Shown: one piece after another, positions 63,974 through 64,000 of the stretch
Layout: every line of letters begins with the position of its first letter
Numbering within the stretch: position 1 is the stretch's first letter
NCBI GenBank assembly: GCA_000165345.1
Contig: CM000434.1
Location: forward strand, 128,001 to 192,000
Direction of reading: 5' to 3'
Length of the DNA stretch: 64,000 bases
Position numbers and translations under genes: made by a program
The notes under the pieces: model-generated
What the model was told of the DNA's origin: nothing
The model's database searches: none
Seen by the model: only the letters and a program-made list of their open reading frames with translations

Positions 63974-64000
63974 AAATTATTTATACTCAATTCAATTCAA

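Overview
This 64 kb window is very AT-rich, gene-dense eukaryotic nuclear DNA. It is draft quality, with scattered runs of n that corrupt several ORFs. I support 22 protein-coding genes, and I call 12 of them by sequence similarity. On the + strand these are a TRIP13/Pch2 AAA-ATPase, alanyl-tRNA synthetase, CPSF100 (CPSF2), a pepsin-like aspartic protease, a P5A-type (Spf1/ATP13A1) P-type ATPase, a bZIP factor and the SDS22 LRR protein. On the - strand they are ribosomal protein L23 (uL14), F1-ATPase alpha, casein kinase II alpha, a ribonucleotide reductase R2 subunit and a condensin CAP-D2/D3-like HEAT protein. Three further calls rest on motifs rather than overall similarity: an SNF1/AMPK-like kinase, an SFT2-like protein and a large secreted clostripain-like/EGF protein. 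An apparently catalytically dead R2 paralogue (+ strand) is divergently paired with the active R2. The remaining genes are large low-complexity hypothetical proteins plus one secreted poly-Thr mucin-like protein. Genes are almost all single-exon. I could demonstrate one clear GTAAGT...TAG intron, in the ATP synthase alpha gene. Intergenic regions are 75-85% AT but carry discrete GC-rich motifs that recur in nearly every promoter: E2F-type TTGGCGCC/TTCCCGCC/GGCGGG sites, GCATGC(A) clusters, TGTGGACA/TGTCCACA, ACCGGTA and TTACGTGT. That architecture, together with the compact intron-poor genes and N/S/T-rich low-complexity inserts, is what I would expect from a Cryptosporidium-like apicomplexan. 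This attribution is inference only. I found no rRNA, tRNA, CRISPR array, transposon or prokaryote-style defence system. The points most worth a second look are the active/inactive R2 pair on a shared E2F-bearing promoter, a single in-frame TAA inside the otherwise intact P5A-ATPase, a probable frameshift at the 3' end of the R2 paralogue, the ATP synthase alpha intron with its long N/S/Y-rich presequence, the recurring composite promoter module, and a perfect 16-bp tandem duplication containing GGCGCC inside a coding region.
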